64,000 nucleotides of DNA from Treponema sp. (GCF_045641405.1 NZ_JAZUGX010000001.1:41233-105232); one strand, 5' to 3'; positions 36,876 to 47,595 are shown, counted from the first letter of the stretch. Numbers and translations: made by a program. The notes: generated from the sequence alone by a model not told the origin.

Positions 36876-37973
36876 ATGTATTTCAATTTAATCATGGTTT
36901 TATTTTTATGTAACATCCTCCTGATCATTTTTGGAATTGTTGCTATATGGAAAATTCGTGTTTCATATAACCAGAAAAGGGAGGAGATAAAAAAGAGCTT
37001 CCAGAGAAATGAACGTCTCATGGAACGCTCCGTAATGGCACTTAGCAATGCCATAGAAGCAAAGGACAGCTACACGAGCGGACACTCACGACGTGTCGCT
37101 GCCTACGCAAAGGAAATAGCAAGACGCATGGGAAAGTCCGAGGACTATCAGCGCGACATATACCATGCAGGACTTTTGCATGACATAGGAAAGATACGCA
37201 TTCCAGACAAGATAATTTCCAAGAAAGGAAAACTTTCCGACATGGAATTTGAATGTCTTAGGCTTCATCCGATAATGTCATTCTCAATGCTTAGCGGAAT
37301 ATCTGACGATGGAAACATAGAATCCGCCGCCAAATATCACCACGAGCATTACGACGGTACTGGGTATCCAGAAGGACTTTCAGGAAAATCCATTCCTGAA
37401 TTTGCGCGTATCCTTGCCGTTGCAGATACATACGATGCAATGACCTCGAGCAGAAGCTTCAGGAATCTTTTCCCACAGAAGTTCGTCAGGTCAGAGATCG
37501 AATACCAGATGGGAAAGCAGTTTGATCCAGATATTGCACAGGTCATGATAGACATGATCGATGAGGACAAGGACTTTACCCTCAAGCAGAAGGACGACGT
37601 AAACAAGAAAATACTTGTAGTCGATGACGATGTAATTGCGGTCAAGCTCGTCGAGTTCATGCTGGACGAAGACAGAACGCTGGAAATTACTTCCGTAAAG
37701 ACAGGTGAGCACTGTATAAAAGCTCTTGAAGAATATAAATACGACTTGATCATCCTTGACATCTATCTGCCTGACAGCGACGGATTCAAGATCCTGGAAT
37801 TGATCAAGGAAAAATACAAGACACCCGTGATCTTCATGTCGTCGGACAAAAACGAGGAGACCATCACCCGTGCCAGAGAAAATGGAATTAAATACTATCT
37901 GGTCAAGCCATTCCTCAAACAGGAACTGGCAGAAGCATTGAGAGATGTTTTCAGATATGATCTGGAGCCGTAA
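36876..37973 (+). CDS. Membrane-anchored HD-GYP cyclic-di-nucleotide phosphodiesterase with a C-terminal receiver domain
   Basis: One N-terminal TM; YTSGHSRRV, HDIGK, HHEHYDGTGYP; REC motifs VVDDD, ILDIYLP, KPF. Confidence 0.9.
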   Translation: MYFNLIMVLFLCNILLIIFGIVAIWKIRVSYNQKREEIKKSFQRNERLMERSVMALSNAIEAKDSYTSGHSRRVAAYAKEIARRMGKSEDYQRDIYHAGLLHDIGKIRIPDKIISKKGKLSDMEFECLRLHPIMSFSMLSGISDDGNIESAAKYHHEHYDGTGYPEGLSGKSIPEFARILAVADTYDAMTSSRSFRNLFPQKFVRSEIEYQMGKQFDPDIAQVMIDMIDEDKDFTLKQKDDVNKKILVVDDDVIAVKLVEFMLDEDRTLEITSVKTGEHCIKALEEYKYDLIILDIYLPDSDGFKILELIKEKYKTPVIFMSSDKNEETITRARENGIKYYLVKPFLKQELAEALRDVFRYDLEP

Positions 37974-40205
37974 ATGAGATTTACACTGGAAGACATAAAG
38001 AACAAGCTTATGTCGGATGACAATCCGACCCAGCTTACGCTTTTCAACATTATCATTCCTGCAGGAACAATCGGTGGAATTTTTTCCATCTTCATATCCC
38101 TTACTGATGCTGCACTCTTCATTCAATTCGGTGTCTGCATAACAGGCATGATTTTTCTGGGAATACTCTTTTACCTTGCCAACTGGAAAAAGAAGGTCCA
38201 GTTGGCTTCCATACTCAGCATCACCATCATGGGGGACATAATATTCCCTATAATGTTTTTCTTTGGCGGTGGAATCGACAGTGGAATGTCCTCGTGGTTC
38301 TTCCTTGCCATCATCTTTGCATTCCTCGTTCTTGAACGAGGTCCGTTCTTTGCGGTTTTCTCCATCCAGGTAATCGTTATTTTTCTATGCTATGGAATCG
38401 CCTACCGCTATCCTGAATTGGTAAGGCCATTCTCATCAGAGAAAATCAGGACAATCGATGTCGTCCAGAGTCTTTTGCTTTCATCCATCGTCATCGGTTG
38501 CATCATCAAATTCCAGAACAGAATCAACAAGCACGCCGTTGAAACCATAAAGAAGGCAAATGAAGACCTTAAGGACTCCGAGCTTAAAGCTGAAAACGCA
38601 AATCATGCAAAATCGGACTTCCTTTCAAACATGTCCCACGAAATCCGTACTCCTATCAATGCGATCCTCGGTATGAATGAAATGATTCTACGAGAATGCA
38701 AGGACAAGAACATCCTGGAATATGCTTCTGCGGTTCAGACTTCAAGCAATGCCCTTCTTTCCCTCGTAAACGACGTTCTCGATCTTTCAAAGATTGAATC
38801 TGGAAAACTTGAGATCAAGGAAGAAGAATACAAGCTTCAGGACCTTATCCTGGGCAGCTACGGCATGGTTGCAGAGCGCCTTGAAAAAAAAGGACTCCGC
38901 GGTTCTATCTTCTGCAACGAAAACCTTCCACAGGGACTTATCGGAGACTTCTCGCACCTGAGACAGATCCTCATCAACTTCCTTACAAACGCCTGCAAAT
39001 ATACTGAAAAAGGAAACGTCGATTTCTTCATCCTTGGATCAGTTTCTGGTGATGAAGCAAAATTGATTTTCTCCGTTAAAGATACTGGTATCGGCATCAA
39101 GGAAGAGAACCGCGCAAAGATGTTCAAGAAATTCGAACGCTTTGACCTCCAGAGAAACAGAAATATTGAAGGTACAGGTCTCGGCTTGAGCATTTCAAAA
39201 CAGCTCTGTGACCTTATGGGCGGAAAGATTGAAGTAAAGAGTGAATACGGAAAGGGATCGGAATTCATAATAACCGTTCCACAAAAAGTATTCGATGCGA
39301 CACCAGTCGGAGAAGTTTCACCAAAGGGCAAGCAGAAGGAAAAGGAAATCAAGGTTTATCACCAGAGTTTTGAAGCTCCCGATGTTGATGTTCTCGCAGT
39401 CGACGACGTTGAGCTCAACCTCATCGTTTTTGAAAATCTCCTGAAAGAAACAAAGATGAAGATCGATCTCGTGGAAAGCGGTGCTGCAGCCATTGAACGC
39501 GCATCGGAAAAGCACTACGACATCATCTTCATGGACTACATGATGCCAGAAATGGACGGTATCCAGACATTGGAAAAGCTTCGCAGCATGGATACCCCTA
39601 ACAACAAGACGCCTATCATCGTCCTTACTGCAGATGCCCTTGCAGGTGTCCGCGAAAAATACATCCGCGCAGGTTTCAAGGATTACATTTCAAAGCCTAT
39701 CGACGGCAACAACCTTGAAAAAATGCTCATCCGATATCTTCCACAGCAGAAGGTTTTCCTCAAGACAGGAAAAGAAGACATTCCTTGCGGTGAAAAGATT
39801 TCACGGCTTAAGAACATGCTTCCTGAGTTTGACTACGAGACCGCTCTAAGTTACTGCGATGAAAGCGAAGACTTCTGCATCGAAATCATAAGCGAATACT
39901 GCACAAACAACCATGCAGAAGAGATCAAGATGTTCTTTGATGAATGCGAATGGGAAAACTACAGACAACGTCTGCATTCCCTCAAGAGCACTTCACGCAC
40001 AGTTGGTCTTTCAGGTCTTGCAGAGGAATTCAAGATCCAGGAAGCCGCAGTCAAGAAATGTGAGCTTGATTTTGCAAGAAAGAACCACAAGCATCTCATG
40101 GACCACTATGTCTTCTGCACATCAAAAATGCTTGAAGCAGGTTTCATCCTAGAAGCAGATGATGAGGTGATTGAGGATATCGATTCAGAATCAGACATGT
40201 TCTAG
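37974..40205 (+). CDS. Hybrid sensor histidine kinase (TM bundle-HisKA-HATPase-REC-Hpt)
   Basis: SNMSHEIRTPIN, NACKYT, DTGIGI, GTGLGL, FMDYMMP, Hpt LHSLKSTS. Confidence 0.93.
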   Translation: MRFTLEDIKNKLMSDDNPTQLTLFNIIIPAGTIGGIFSIFISLTDAALFIQFGVCITGMIFLGILFYLANWKKKVQLASILSITIMGDIIFPIMFFFGGGIDSGMSSWFFLAIIFAFLVLERGPFFAVFSIQVIVIFLCYGIAYRYPELVRPFSSEKIRTIDVVQSLLLSSIVIGCIIKFQNRINKHAVETIKKANEDLKDSELKAENANHAKSDFLSNMSHEIRTPINAILGMNEMILRECKDKNILEYASAVQTSSNALLSLVNDVLDLSKIESGKLEIKEEEYKLQDLILGSYGMVAERLEKKGLRGSIFCNENLPQGLIGDFSHLRQILINFLTNACKYTEKGNVDFFILGSVSGDEAKLIFSVKDTGIGIKEENRAKMFKKFERFDLQRNRNIEGTGLGLSISKQLCDLMGGKIEVKSEYGKGSEFIITVPQKVFDATPVGEVSPKGKQKEKEIKVYHQSFEAPDVDVLAVDDVELNLIVFENLLKETKMKIDLVESGAAAIERASEKHYDIIFMDYMMPEMDGIQTLEKLRSMDTPNNKTPIIVLTADALAGVREKYIRAGFKDYISKPIDGNNLEKMLIRYLPQQKVFLKTGKEDIPCGEKISRLKNMLPEFDYETALSYCDESEDFCIEIISEYCTNNHAEEIKMFFDECEWENYRQRLHSLKSTSRTVGLSGLAEEFKIQEAAVKKCELDFARKNHKHLMDHYVFCTSKMLEAGFILEADDEVIEDIDSESDMF

Positions 40206-40271
40206 ACATTTGCTGGACCTATGCCTGTATTTTATGGATTCATTATGTAAATTCTTTCCAGGTGCTTAAAC

Positions 40272-41777
40272 ATGAACATATTTGAGAAATTCAAGGAAAC
40301 CTTGTACTCTGTCCTGCCCATAATGGCGATCGTCCTTATCCTTTCCATGACGGCTGTTCCTTTTTCCGCTGGACTTATCCTTAGATTCCTTTTGGGCGGA
40401 CTCATGGTGATCATAGGACTGACCTTCTTTCTTATCGGTGTCGACATCGGTATTCTGCCCATCGGAGAACGCAGCGGTGCAGCCCTTACATCAAAGCGCA
40501 ACCTTAAGCTTCTGCTTTCAGTTTCATTCATCATCGGTTTCATGATTACAATTGCAGAGCCTGATGTACAGGTTCTTGCCACACAGATAGGAAATCTTTC
40601 AACCAGCGTCAACAAATGGTCCCTTGTCATAATGATTGCCCTTGGTGTAGGATCCTTCGTTACCCTTGGACTTTGCCGAACAGTTCTTTCCTTAAGGCTT
40701 AGAGGAGTGCTAATAGTTTCTTACCTAGCTCTCTTTACCCTTGCTTTTTTTTGTCCAGAAAATCTTCAGGGAGCAGCCTTTGATGCAGGTGGGGCAACAA
40801 CAGGACCTATGACTGTTCCATTCATCATGGCATTGGGAATGGGTGTTGCTTCCGTTCGTGCTGGAGGAGAAAAAAAAGGCTCAGAAGATGACAGCGCCTT
40901 TGGCTTGACTGGCATTGCAAGCATCGGTCCTATAGCTGCGGTCTGCTTCTATGGAATCATCCTAAACATGTACAGCAGCCAGAATGGAAATGATGCAGCC
41001 AACATGACAGAAGCAACTCATTCTCTTCCAGAAGGTATGGGTGTTTTCATGTCCATCCTTCCAACGATTCTTGGGGATGTCTTTAAATCCCTCTTACCTC
41101 TTCTTGTCATGTTCATTTTCTTTCAGATCTTTCTTCTCAAGATGCCACCTGTCCAGCTTAGAAAAATGTTCAACGGTGTAGTCTACTGTTTCGTAGGACT
41201 CGTTCTTTTCCTTTTGGGAGCAGAGGGAGGCTTCATGCCTGCAGGACAGAAGCTTGGAGAATCCCTTGGAATGCTCGCCTCCTGCAAGGGTGGCTTCTGG
41301 ATTTTTCTTGTCGTTGCAGTTGCCTTTGTCTTCGGTGCCATTACCGTCTGCGCAGAGCCTGCCGTATGGGTACTTACCCAGCAGGTAGAAGAAGCAAGTG
41401 GCGGTGCGATAAAAAGAAAAATCATGCTCACTTCCCTTTCTCTTGGAGTCGCCCTTTCCATAGGACTCAGCATCCTTAAAATCATCCATGGATTCAGCCT
41501 TTGGTACATCCTTATTCCAGGATACGCTCTGGCACTCATACTGACTTTTTTCTGTCCGCCGCTATTTACTGGCATCGCCTTTGACTCTGGAGGAGTAGCA
41601 TCAGGTCCAATGACAAGCACCTTCATACTTTCCTTCACTCTTGGATGTGCTTCAAGCTATTCATTTGCGGAAACCAATGCTTTTGGTGTAATTGCCCTTG
41701 TAGCAATGACACCGTTGATTGCAATACAGATTCTTGGAATCATCTTTAAGCTCAAGACAAAGGAGGCAGCAACATGA
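40272..41777 (+). CDS. DUF1538 family membrane protein (two fused repeats), putative transporter
   Basis: Two copies of TIAEPD/VCAEPA, FDAGG/FDSGG and TTGPMT/ASGPMT; highly hydrophobic. Confidence 0.85.
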   Translation: MNIFEKFKETLYSVLPIMAIVLILSMTAVPFSAGLILRFLLGGLMVIIGLTFFLIGVDIGILPIGERSGAALTSKRNLKLLLSVSFIIGFMITIAEPDVQVLATQIGNLSTSVNKWSLVIMIALGVGSFVTLGLCRTVLSLRLRGVLIVSYLALFTLAFFCPENLQGAAFDAGGATTGPMTVPFIMALGMGVASVRAGGEKKGSEDDSAFGLTGIASIGPIAAVCFYGIILNMYSSQNGNDAANMTEATHSLPEGMGVFMSILPTILGDVFKSLLPLLVMFIFFQIFLLKMPPVQLRKMFNGVVYCFVGLVLFLLGAEGGFMPAGQKLGESLGMLASCKGGFWIFLVVAVAFVFGAITVCAEPAVWVLTQQVEEASGGAIKRKIMLTSLSLGVALSIGLSILKIIHGFSLWYILIPGYALALILTFFCPPLFTGIAFDSGGVASGPMTSTFILSFTLGCASSYSFAETNAFGVIALVAMTPLIAIQILGIIFKLKTKEAAT

Positions 41778-42421
41778 ATACATTCAAACTGATAACAGCC
41801 ATCGTTCCCCACAACAGATGCAACTCAGTTTCAGAAGCAGCTCAAAAAGCAGGCTCTTGGGGAGGAACTGTCCTTACAGGCCGTGGAATCAGCGCAAACA
41901 AATTCCTGGACTTTCTTGGACTTGGGGAAACAAGCCTTGATGTAATGATGATCCTTACTGAATCTGAAAAATGCAATGGAATCTTTTCTGCGATCGTAGA
42001 TTCCGTTTCAGAAGAAAAAAAGAATTTTGGCATCGCCTATTCAACCAATGCTGGACAGCTGTTGAAGGCGGGAAACATCACAGGAGATAAACCAGTTATG
42101 AATGGAAACAAAAAACAGCAGTTAATCACAGTCATCCTGAACAGAGGATTTGCGGACGATGCCATGGCAGCAGCAAGAAATGCAGGAGCTGGAGGAGGAA
42201 CTGTCCTAAACGCAAGAGGAACTGCAAAAGAAGATGATGAGAAATTCTTTGGAGTCAACATCGTTCCAGAAAAAGAAATGCTCCAGATTGTGGTTTCTGA
42301 AGAAAAAAAGGATGCCGTCCTTGATGCCATCAAGACCTTGCCTTGCCTTTCACAACCAGGCAGCGGTATCTGCTTCTGCAGCGAAATTGAAAACTTCAGC
42401 GTCCTTGGAAAAAATAATTGA
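41774..42421 (+). CDS. Tandem (two-domain) P-II-like regulator
   Basis: Two repeats: AAQKAGSWGGTVLTGRG and AARNAGAGGGTVLNARG..PEKE..GSGI.F. Confidence 0.85.
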   Translation: MNTFKLITAIVPHNRCNSVSEAAQKAGSWGGTVLTGRGISANKFLDFLGLGETSLDVMMILTESEKCNGIFSAIVDSVSEEKKNFGIAYSTNAGQLLKAGNITGDKPVMNGNKKQQLITVILNRGFADDAMAAARNAGAGGGTVLNARGTAKEDDEKFFGVNIVPEKEMLQIVVSEEKKDAVLDAIKTLPCLSQPGSGICFCSEIENFSVLGKNN

Positions 42422-43287
42422 ACGACATTTTCTCAAGCAAGGAATTCCTAAGCAATTTTTCTCATGAACAGGTCCAAGAAATCGAAGGGAAAATTTCATT
42501 GGTCGAATCCATTGACAGCACAAACACTTTTCTTATGAATGAAGCAGACAGATTTTTGCCTTTGCTCGATGAACATGGCTGTCTTACTTCCAACGGAAGC
42601 AGATTCAATTTTTCACTCAAGGCTGCGGAAAGCCAGACAAAAGGTAGAGGAAGGATGGGTAGAACATTCATTTCTCCCATTTCAAGTGGAATATATTTCA
42701 GCATTTCCTACGTCAAGAAGGGAGGAATTACCGACCCTGCCCTTGCAACAGTCTCCGCATGTGTCGGTGTTTGCAGGGCCATTGAAAAAACCTTCAACGT
42801 GCCATGTCGGATAAAATGGGTAAATGACATTTACTGCAATCACAAGAAAGTCTGCGGAATCCTTACGGAAGGAATATTCAATCAAACTTCAGGCCGAATC
42901 GAAGGCTGCATAATTGGCATTGGAATCAACATCAGGACAGACAAAAGCTTTGACTGCGAGCTTAAGAACAAGGCAGGCGGAATTCTTGACGGAACGATCC
43001 CATCCATCGAAACTCCATCAAGGACATATTTTCTTGCCAACTGCTATAAGGAAATAAAGAAAATCCTTAGCTCTGATGAACGCATTATCGATGAATACAA
43101 GGAAAGATCCATACTCAACGGAAAAACTGTAACGGTGACACCTGTAATTGGCGATGACAGGAGTGCATATGAAGCTACAGTGAAAGGAATTTCCGACAGG
43201 GCAGAACTTGTCGTCACCCTTGCAGACGGAACAACAAGAAATCTAAGCAGCGGTGAAGTAAGCCTTCATGGAACAACACTCTCATGA
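42418..43287 (+). CDS. birA: Biotin-[acetyl-CoA-carboxylase] ligase (no HTH, non-repressor type)
   Basis: IDSTN, QTKGRGRMGR, IKWVND, KKVCGIL, GIGIN, SGEV. Confidence 0.93.
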   Translation: MNDIFSSKEFLSNFSHEQVQEIEGKISLVESIDSTNTFLMNEADRFLPLLDEHGCLTSNGSRFNFSLKAAESQTKGRGRMGRTFISPISSGIYFSISYVKKGGITDPALATVSACVGVCRAIEKTFNVPCRIKWVNDIYCNHKKVCGILTEGIFNQTSGRIEGCIIGIGINIRTDKSFDCELKNKAGGILDGTIPSIETPSRTYFLANCYKEIKKILSSDERIIDEYKERSILNGKTVTVTPVIGDDRSAYEATVKGISDRAELVVTLADGTTRNLSSGEVSLHGTTLS

Positions 43288-44936
43288 AAATACTCCTTGC
43301 CGCAGTCAACGCTAAATTCAACCACACAAACATAGCAGTTCGTTCAATTTCAAAGTACATAGATTCTCCTGATGTTGAATTTGCAGAATGGACAATAAAC
43401 ATGCCGCTCACGGAAATTCTCCGCGGCATTTCTGCAAGAACTCCTGACATGGTTCTTTTTTCAACCTACATCTGGAATTCGGATATAATACAGAAAATCA
43501 TTCCCGACCTAAAGAAAATTCTTCCAGGCATAGTAATCGGAGCAGGTGGACCAGAAGCAGGATTCAACGCGGAATTCTGGCTTTTAAAACATCCCCAGCT
43601 GGACTTTGTAATCTCTGGTGAAGGCGAAGAAACCGTAAAAGAGATTTCCGAAGGCAAGAATCTTTGTGACATTAGAGGACTTTGGATCAGGGATTCAAAA
43701 GGAAAAGCAGTCTGGACTTGCAACCGTGACCTAATCTGCAATCTTGATGACATTCCATTTCCATACGATGATTTTGATGATCCTGAACACAAAATCTATT
43801 ACTACGAATCAAGCAGAGGATGTCCTTTCAGCTGCTCATACTGCATGAGCTCCATGGACAAGCGTGTAAGATTTCATTCCCTTGACAGGGTTTTTGCCGA
43901 TCTAAAGAAGTTTCTTGATGCGGGTGTAAGCCTTGTAAAGTTTGTTGACCGAACCTATAACCTGAAGGAAGAAAGATACATCGCCATCTGGAATTTCATA
44001 TTGAACAACCTCAATGGCAAGACCATGTTCCATTTTGAAATAGAAGCGGAATTCCTTAGCGACAAGGCACTATCCATTCTTCAGACAGTACCAGAAAACA
44101 TCATGCAGTTTGAAATCGGAATCCAATCTTGCAACCAAAGGACACTTGAAGCCGTTGGACGCTCAAAGGAAACAGTCAAGCTTTTTGAAAACATCAGTAA
44201 GATTCCAGAAACCATCCACACACACCTTGACCTGATTGCTGGGCTTCCATATGAAAACCTTGAATCCTTTGGCAATTCTCTTGAAAAAGTAATGACACTA
44301 AAGCCTGACGCACTTCAACTTGGATTCCTCAAGGTTCTTCACGGTACCAGCATGGAAGGCTACGCAAAGAAGAACGGATGGCAGTGGACCGACAATGCCC
44401 CCTACGAAGTTCTTTCCACCCCCTATCTTTCATACAAAGAAATTCTTTTTCTTAAGGATGTGGAAGTCATTCTCGATGCATATTGGAACAGCGGAATTTT
44501 CTCAACCACAATGAACTACATCTTACGGAAACAAGGAAGCTGGAACTTTTTATGCAACGCAGCAGAAATTGCCCGTAATGACGGTTCCCTTGATTCAGCA
44601 AGGAAAACCATATGGTGGTTCAATTGGCTTGCCGAGCATTCAAAACAGGATCCTGTCATCATGGAACTGTTGAAATTTGATTTCCTTAAGATGGGAAAGA
44701 CAAGCAGCTTTCCAAAATGGCTTGAACATAGATACAGCAAAAAAGAACACCTGGAAGCAATGGTCCAGCATGAAAACAGATTCGACAGCAGGATTGAATT
44801 TGCATTCTCAGAGTATGATGAATTCACCGTAAATCCTTTTGCCGAAGAACCTGAAAAAACAAAGGGCACATACAAAGTTCTTTTTGTATATGCCCGCCAT
44901 AATTCTTCAATCAAAAACTGTCAGATACTTCTTTAG
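43284..44936 (+). CDS. B12-binding-domain radical SAM protein (DUF4080-type C-terminus)
   Basis: N-terminal B12-binding-like domain (GGPE), ESSRGCPFSCSYC, FVDRT, DLIAGLP. Confidence 0.9.
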   Translation: MKILLAAVNAKFNHTNIAVRSISKYIDSPDVEFAEWTINMPLTEILRGISARTPDMVLFSTYIWNSDIIQKIIPDLKKILPGIVIGAGGPEAGFNAEFWLLKHPQLDFVISGEGEETVKEISEGKNLCDIRGLWIRDSKGKAVWTCNRDLICNLDDIPFPYDDFDDPEHKIYYYESSRGCPFSCSYCMSSMDKRVRFHSLDRVFADLKKFLDAGVSLVKFVDRTYNLKEERYIAIWNFILNNLNGKTMFHFEIEAEFLSDKALSILQTVPENIMQFEIGIQSCNQRTLEAVGRSKETVKLFENISKIPETIHTHLDLIAGLPYENLESFGNSLEKVMTLKPDALQLGFLKVLHGTSMEGYAKKNGWQWTDNAPYEVLSTPYLSYKEILFLKDVEVILDAYWNSGIFSTTMNYILRKQGSWNFLCNAAEIARNDGSLDSARKTIWWFNWLAEHSKQDPVIMELLKFDFLKMGKTSSFPKWLEHRYSKKEHLEAMVQHENRFDSRIEFAFSEYDEFTVNPFAEEPEKTKGTYKVLFVYARHNSSIKNCQILL

Positions 44937-44959
44937 CATCTGGTTCTATAGTTCCACTT

Positions 44960-45988
44960 TTATTCGACAACAACCTTTGCTGTTTCAACACCCATGACAG
45001 ACAGGATGAGGGTGGTGTTTTTCTTTACATTGTATGGTGCCGTGAATTTCTTTCCTAAATGGTTGGCAGAAAGAAGAACTGTTGTTTTTCCATCAGACCC
45101 CTTTGCCTCAAGGACATAAGGAACTGGGAATGGATAATCTGTAAGGTCGCAGGAGAACACGCCCTGAACCATCTCATCCTTTTCTCCACGAGGCTTGACT
45201 TCGAGAATTGCCTTGACCCTTGTATAAGCTTCAACTTCATCCTTGGTCTTTTCAACATCACCGACATTTCCCTTTGCAGGAGCTCCTTCATCTTCCTTTA
45301 CATCAAGATCAACTATGATCTTATGTTCTCCCATGACAGAAAGAAGCTGCTCGATGTTAAGACCTTCCAGCTTAGGCATGTCGACTTTTTCTGTCTCCGT
45401 TCCGCAGCTTACGACAAACTGAAGCCTTATCTTTTCGGAAAGTGAAGTTCCTGCTTCTGGATACTGTGCAATGATTGTACCTGGCGTACTTTCATCCTTT
45501 ACATATACGAATGGTGAAACTTCAACAAGAGAATCGGAACCGCTGAAAAGAAGATCCAGTGAATTACGTACCTCATCGGCATTTTTTCCTACATAGTCTT
45601 CAATGAAATCAATCGCAATTCCACGGCTTACTGTAAGAGTAACGCGGCGGTATGCCTTTACGATCGCACCAGCCTTTGGATTCTGCTCAAGGATTGTACC
45701 CTTGTCACCAGGAAAGTCGGAATACTTAAGCTGTATCTTCGGATAGAGTTCCTTAGCCTGCATCTTGAGAAGAGCATCGGTAAGGCTTTCTCCAACAACA
45801 TCAGGAACAAGAACTTTTTCCGCTCCCTGGACAGATGCAAAGAAAACTGCAAGACAAGCAGCAAAAGTAATCACAAGGGAAACGATTGCCGTGACAACAG
45901 AAGTCTTTCCACCCTTGAGAAAGCTGTCAGTGAATTCCGAAAACTCAATTTTTACCTTTGAAAAAATATCCTTGATATTCATATTCAT
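44960..45988 (-). CDS. PASTA-domain membrane protein
   Basis: One TM followed by repeats VPDVVG..G.ILEQNP.AG..V and MPKLEG. Confidence 0.88.
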   Translation of the reverse strand: MNMNIKDIFSKVKIEFSEFTDSFLKGGKTSVVTAIVSLVITFAACLAVFFASVQGAEKVLVPDVVGESLTDALLKMQAKELYPKIQLKYSDFPGDKGTILEQNPKAGAIVKAYRRVTLTVSRGIAIDFIEDYVGKNADEVRNSLDLLFSGSDSLVEVSPFVYVKDESTPGTIIAQYPEAGTSLSEKIRLQFVVSCGTETEKVDMPKLEGLNIEQLLSVMGEHKIIVDLDVKEDEGAPAKGNVGDVEKTKDEVEAYTRVKAILEVKPRGEKDEMVQGVFSCDLTDYPFPVPYVLEAKGSDGKTTVLLSANHLGKKFTAPYNVKKNTTLILSVMGVETAKVVVE

Positions 45989-45990
45989 CC

Positions 45991-47004
45991 CTACTCAAGA
46001 ACAGTGCCGATGAAATTTCTGGCTCCGTTCATAAATGATTTATAATCCATTGCTTTCTTAGACTGCCACTGAAGCTCCGTTGCAAGAAGAACTCCATCTC
46101 CAGTCTGAATCAAAATTCCACGCTGCTTGTTGTAATCAAGGACAGTACCTGGAACTGCAGATGTGTTTTTTGTAATCGCAGGATCCTGTGCTGCAACTTT
46201 TGATGCAGCCCTTCCCTTCAATATCCTAAGCTGAACACCGTTTGCAGTCGTAAAGCAACCTGGCCATGGAGTATAGGCCCTTATCATTGCATCTATCTTT
46301 TCCGCAGAAAGCTTCCAGTCAATCTTACCGTCTTCTTTCTTTATCTTTGTGCAATAAGAAGGCTCTCCTACCTGTGGCGTTGCAGGAGGAAGAACTCCTG
46401 TGCGTGAAATCTGCCTCAAATACTGAGTAAACATTGCAGTACCGTAAACGGAACACTGGCGCAAAAGGTATTCAGCATTTTCATTTCCCGTCAGTCGATA
46501 CCTGTGGCAGGTTATGATGTCACCTTCGTCCATTCCCAAAGCCATTGTCTGAATTGAACAGCCTGTCTCTTCATCCATATTCAGAATACATTCGTTGATT
46601 GGAGTTGCACCCCTGTATTTTGGAAGTATGGAAGGATGGATGTTGATTCCACCGTATTTGAAAAGAGAGAAGAACTTTGGTCCAAGAATGTGTCCGTATG
46701 CAAAACAGATGAAAATATCAGGCTTAAGGGACGCAAGAATTTCACGCTCAGGTGCGCATACATGTTCAGGGCAAAGAATTTTTATGTCAGTTCCTCTTGC
46801 TTCATTCCAGGTGCGGGCATACTGTTCTACTTCAGTTGGAACCAGCTCAGAATGGCGACCTCTTGCTGTAGGAGGATTTGTGAGGACTCCGACAATTTCA
46901 TACTGTTCATCAGGTGTTGCCTTTGACATTTCACTGTCACGCAAAAGAAGTTCAAGGATTGTCGCTGCAACCTGTGGACTTCCACCATAAACTACTCTAA
47001 GCAT
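45991..47004 (-). CDS. fmt: Methionyl-tRNA formyltransferase
   Basis: AYGHIL, NIHPSILPKYRGATPI, MDEGDI, PWPG. Confidence 0.95.
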   Translation of the reverse strand: MLRVVYGGSPQVAATILELLLRDSEMSKATPDEQYEIVGVLTNPPTARGRHSELVPTEVEQYARTWNEARGTDIKILCPEHVCAPEREILASLKPDIFICFAYGHILGPKFFSLFKYGGINIHPSILPKYRGATPINECILNMDEETGCSIQTMALGMDEGDIITCHRYRLTGNENAEYLLRQCSVYGTAMFTQYLRQISRTGVLPPATPQVGEPSYCTKIKKEDGKIDWKLSAEKIDAMIRAYTPWPGCFTTANGVQLRILKGRAASKVAAQDPAITKNTSAVPGTVLDYNKQRGILIQTGDGVLLATELQWQSKKAMDYKSFMNGARNFIGTVLE

Positions 47005-47016
47005 TTACTTTATTAC

Positions 47017-47595
47017 CTACTTATTTTTTTTGGCTTCTCTTGCAGCCTTCTTTGCTTCAATGCTACGCTGCTTTGCTTCTTTTGCCGCTGCTTTTTTTGC
47101 GGCTCTTTCTGCACGGCGCTGCATTGTTTCAATTACTTCCTGCTTATATGCTTCATCACCGTGGTCGATATAAAGGATTCCGTCAAGGTGATCGTTTTCA
47201 TGCTGAATGCATCTTGCAAGAAGTCCATCAGCATCATTGATTACAAAAGGCTTTCCGTTTTCATCAAGAGCACTTACAGAAACTTTTACAGGACGAACAA
47301 TGTCTTCTGAAAATCCAGGAAGAGAAAGACAACCTTCCTCGTATGAAGAAGTTTCAGAAGAAGTCTTGATGATTTCAGGATTGATGAAAACACGCTTTAC
47401 ATCGTCACCAACATCGATGACAAAAAAGCGCTTTGCAATTCCAACCTGAGGAGCAGCAAGACCGACTCCGTTGGCACTTACCATTGTCTCAAACATCTCT
47501 TCAAAAAGAGCACGCATTTCATCGTTGATTTCTTCAGGCTTTACTGGTTCGCATTTCTGTCTGAGTATTTCTTCACCAAGCTTTGTAATTCTCAT
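47017..47595 (-). CDS. def: Peptide deformylase
   Basis: GVGLAAPQ, EGCLS, QHENDHL. Confidence 0.97.
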   Translation of the reverse strand: MRITKLGEEILRQKCEPVKPEEINDEMRALFEEMFETMVSANGVGLAAPQVGIAKRFFVIDVGDDVKRVFINPEIIKTSSETSSYEEGCLSLPGFSEDIVRPVKVSVSALDENGKPFVINDADGLLARCIQHENDHLDGILYIDHGDEAYKQEVIETMQRRAERAAKKAAAKEAKQRSIEAKKAAREAKKNK

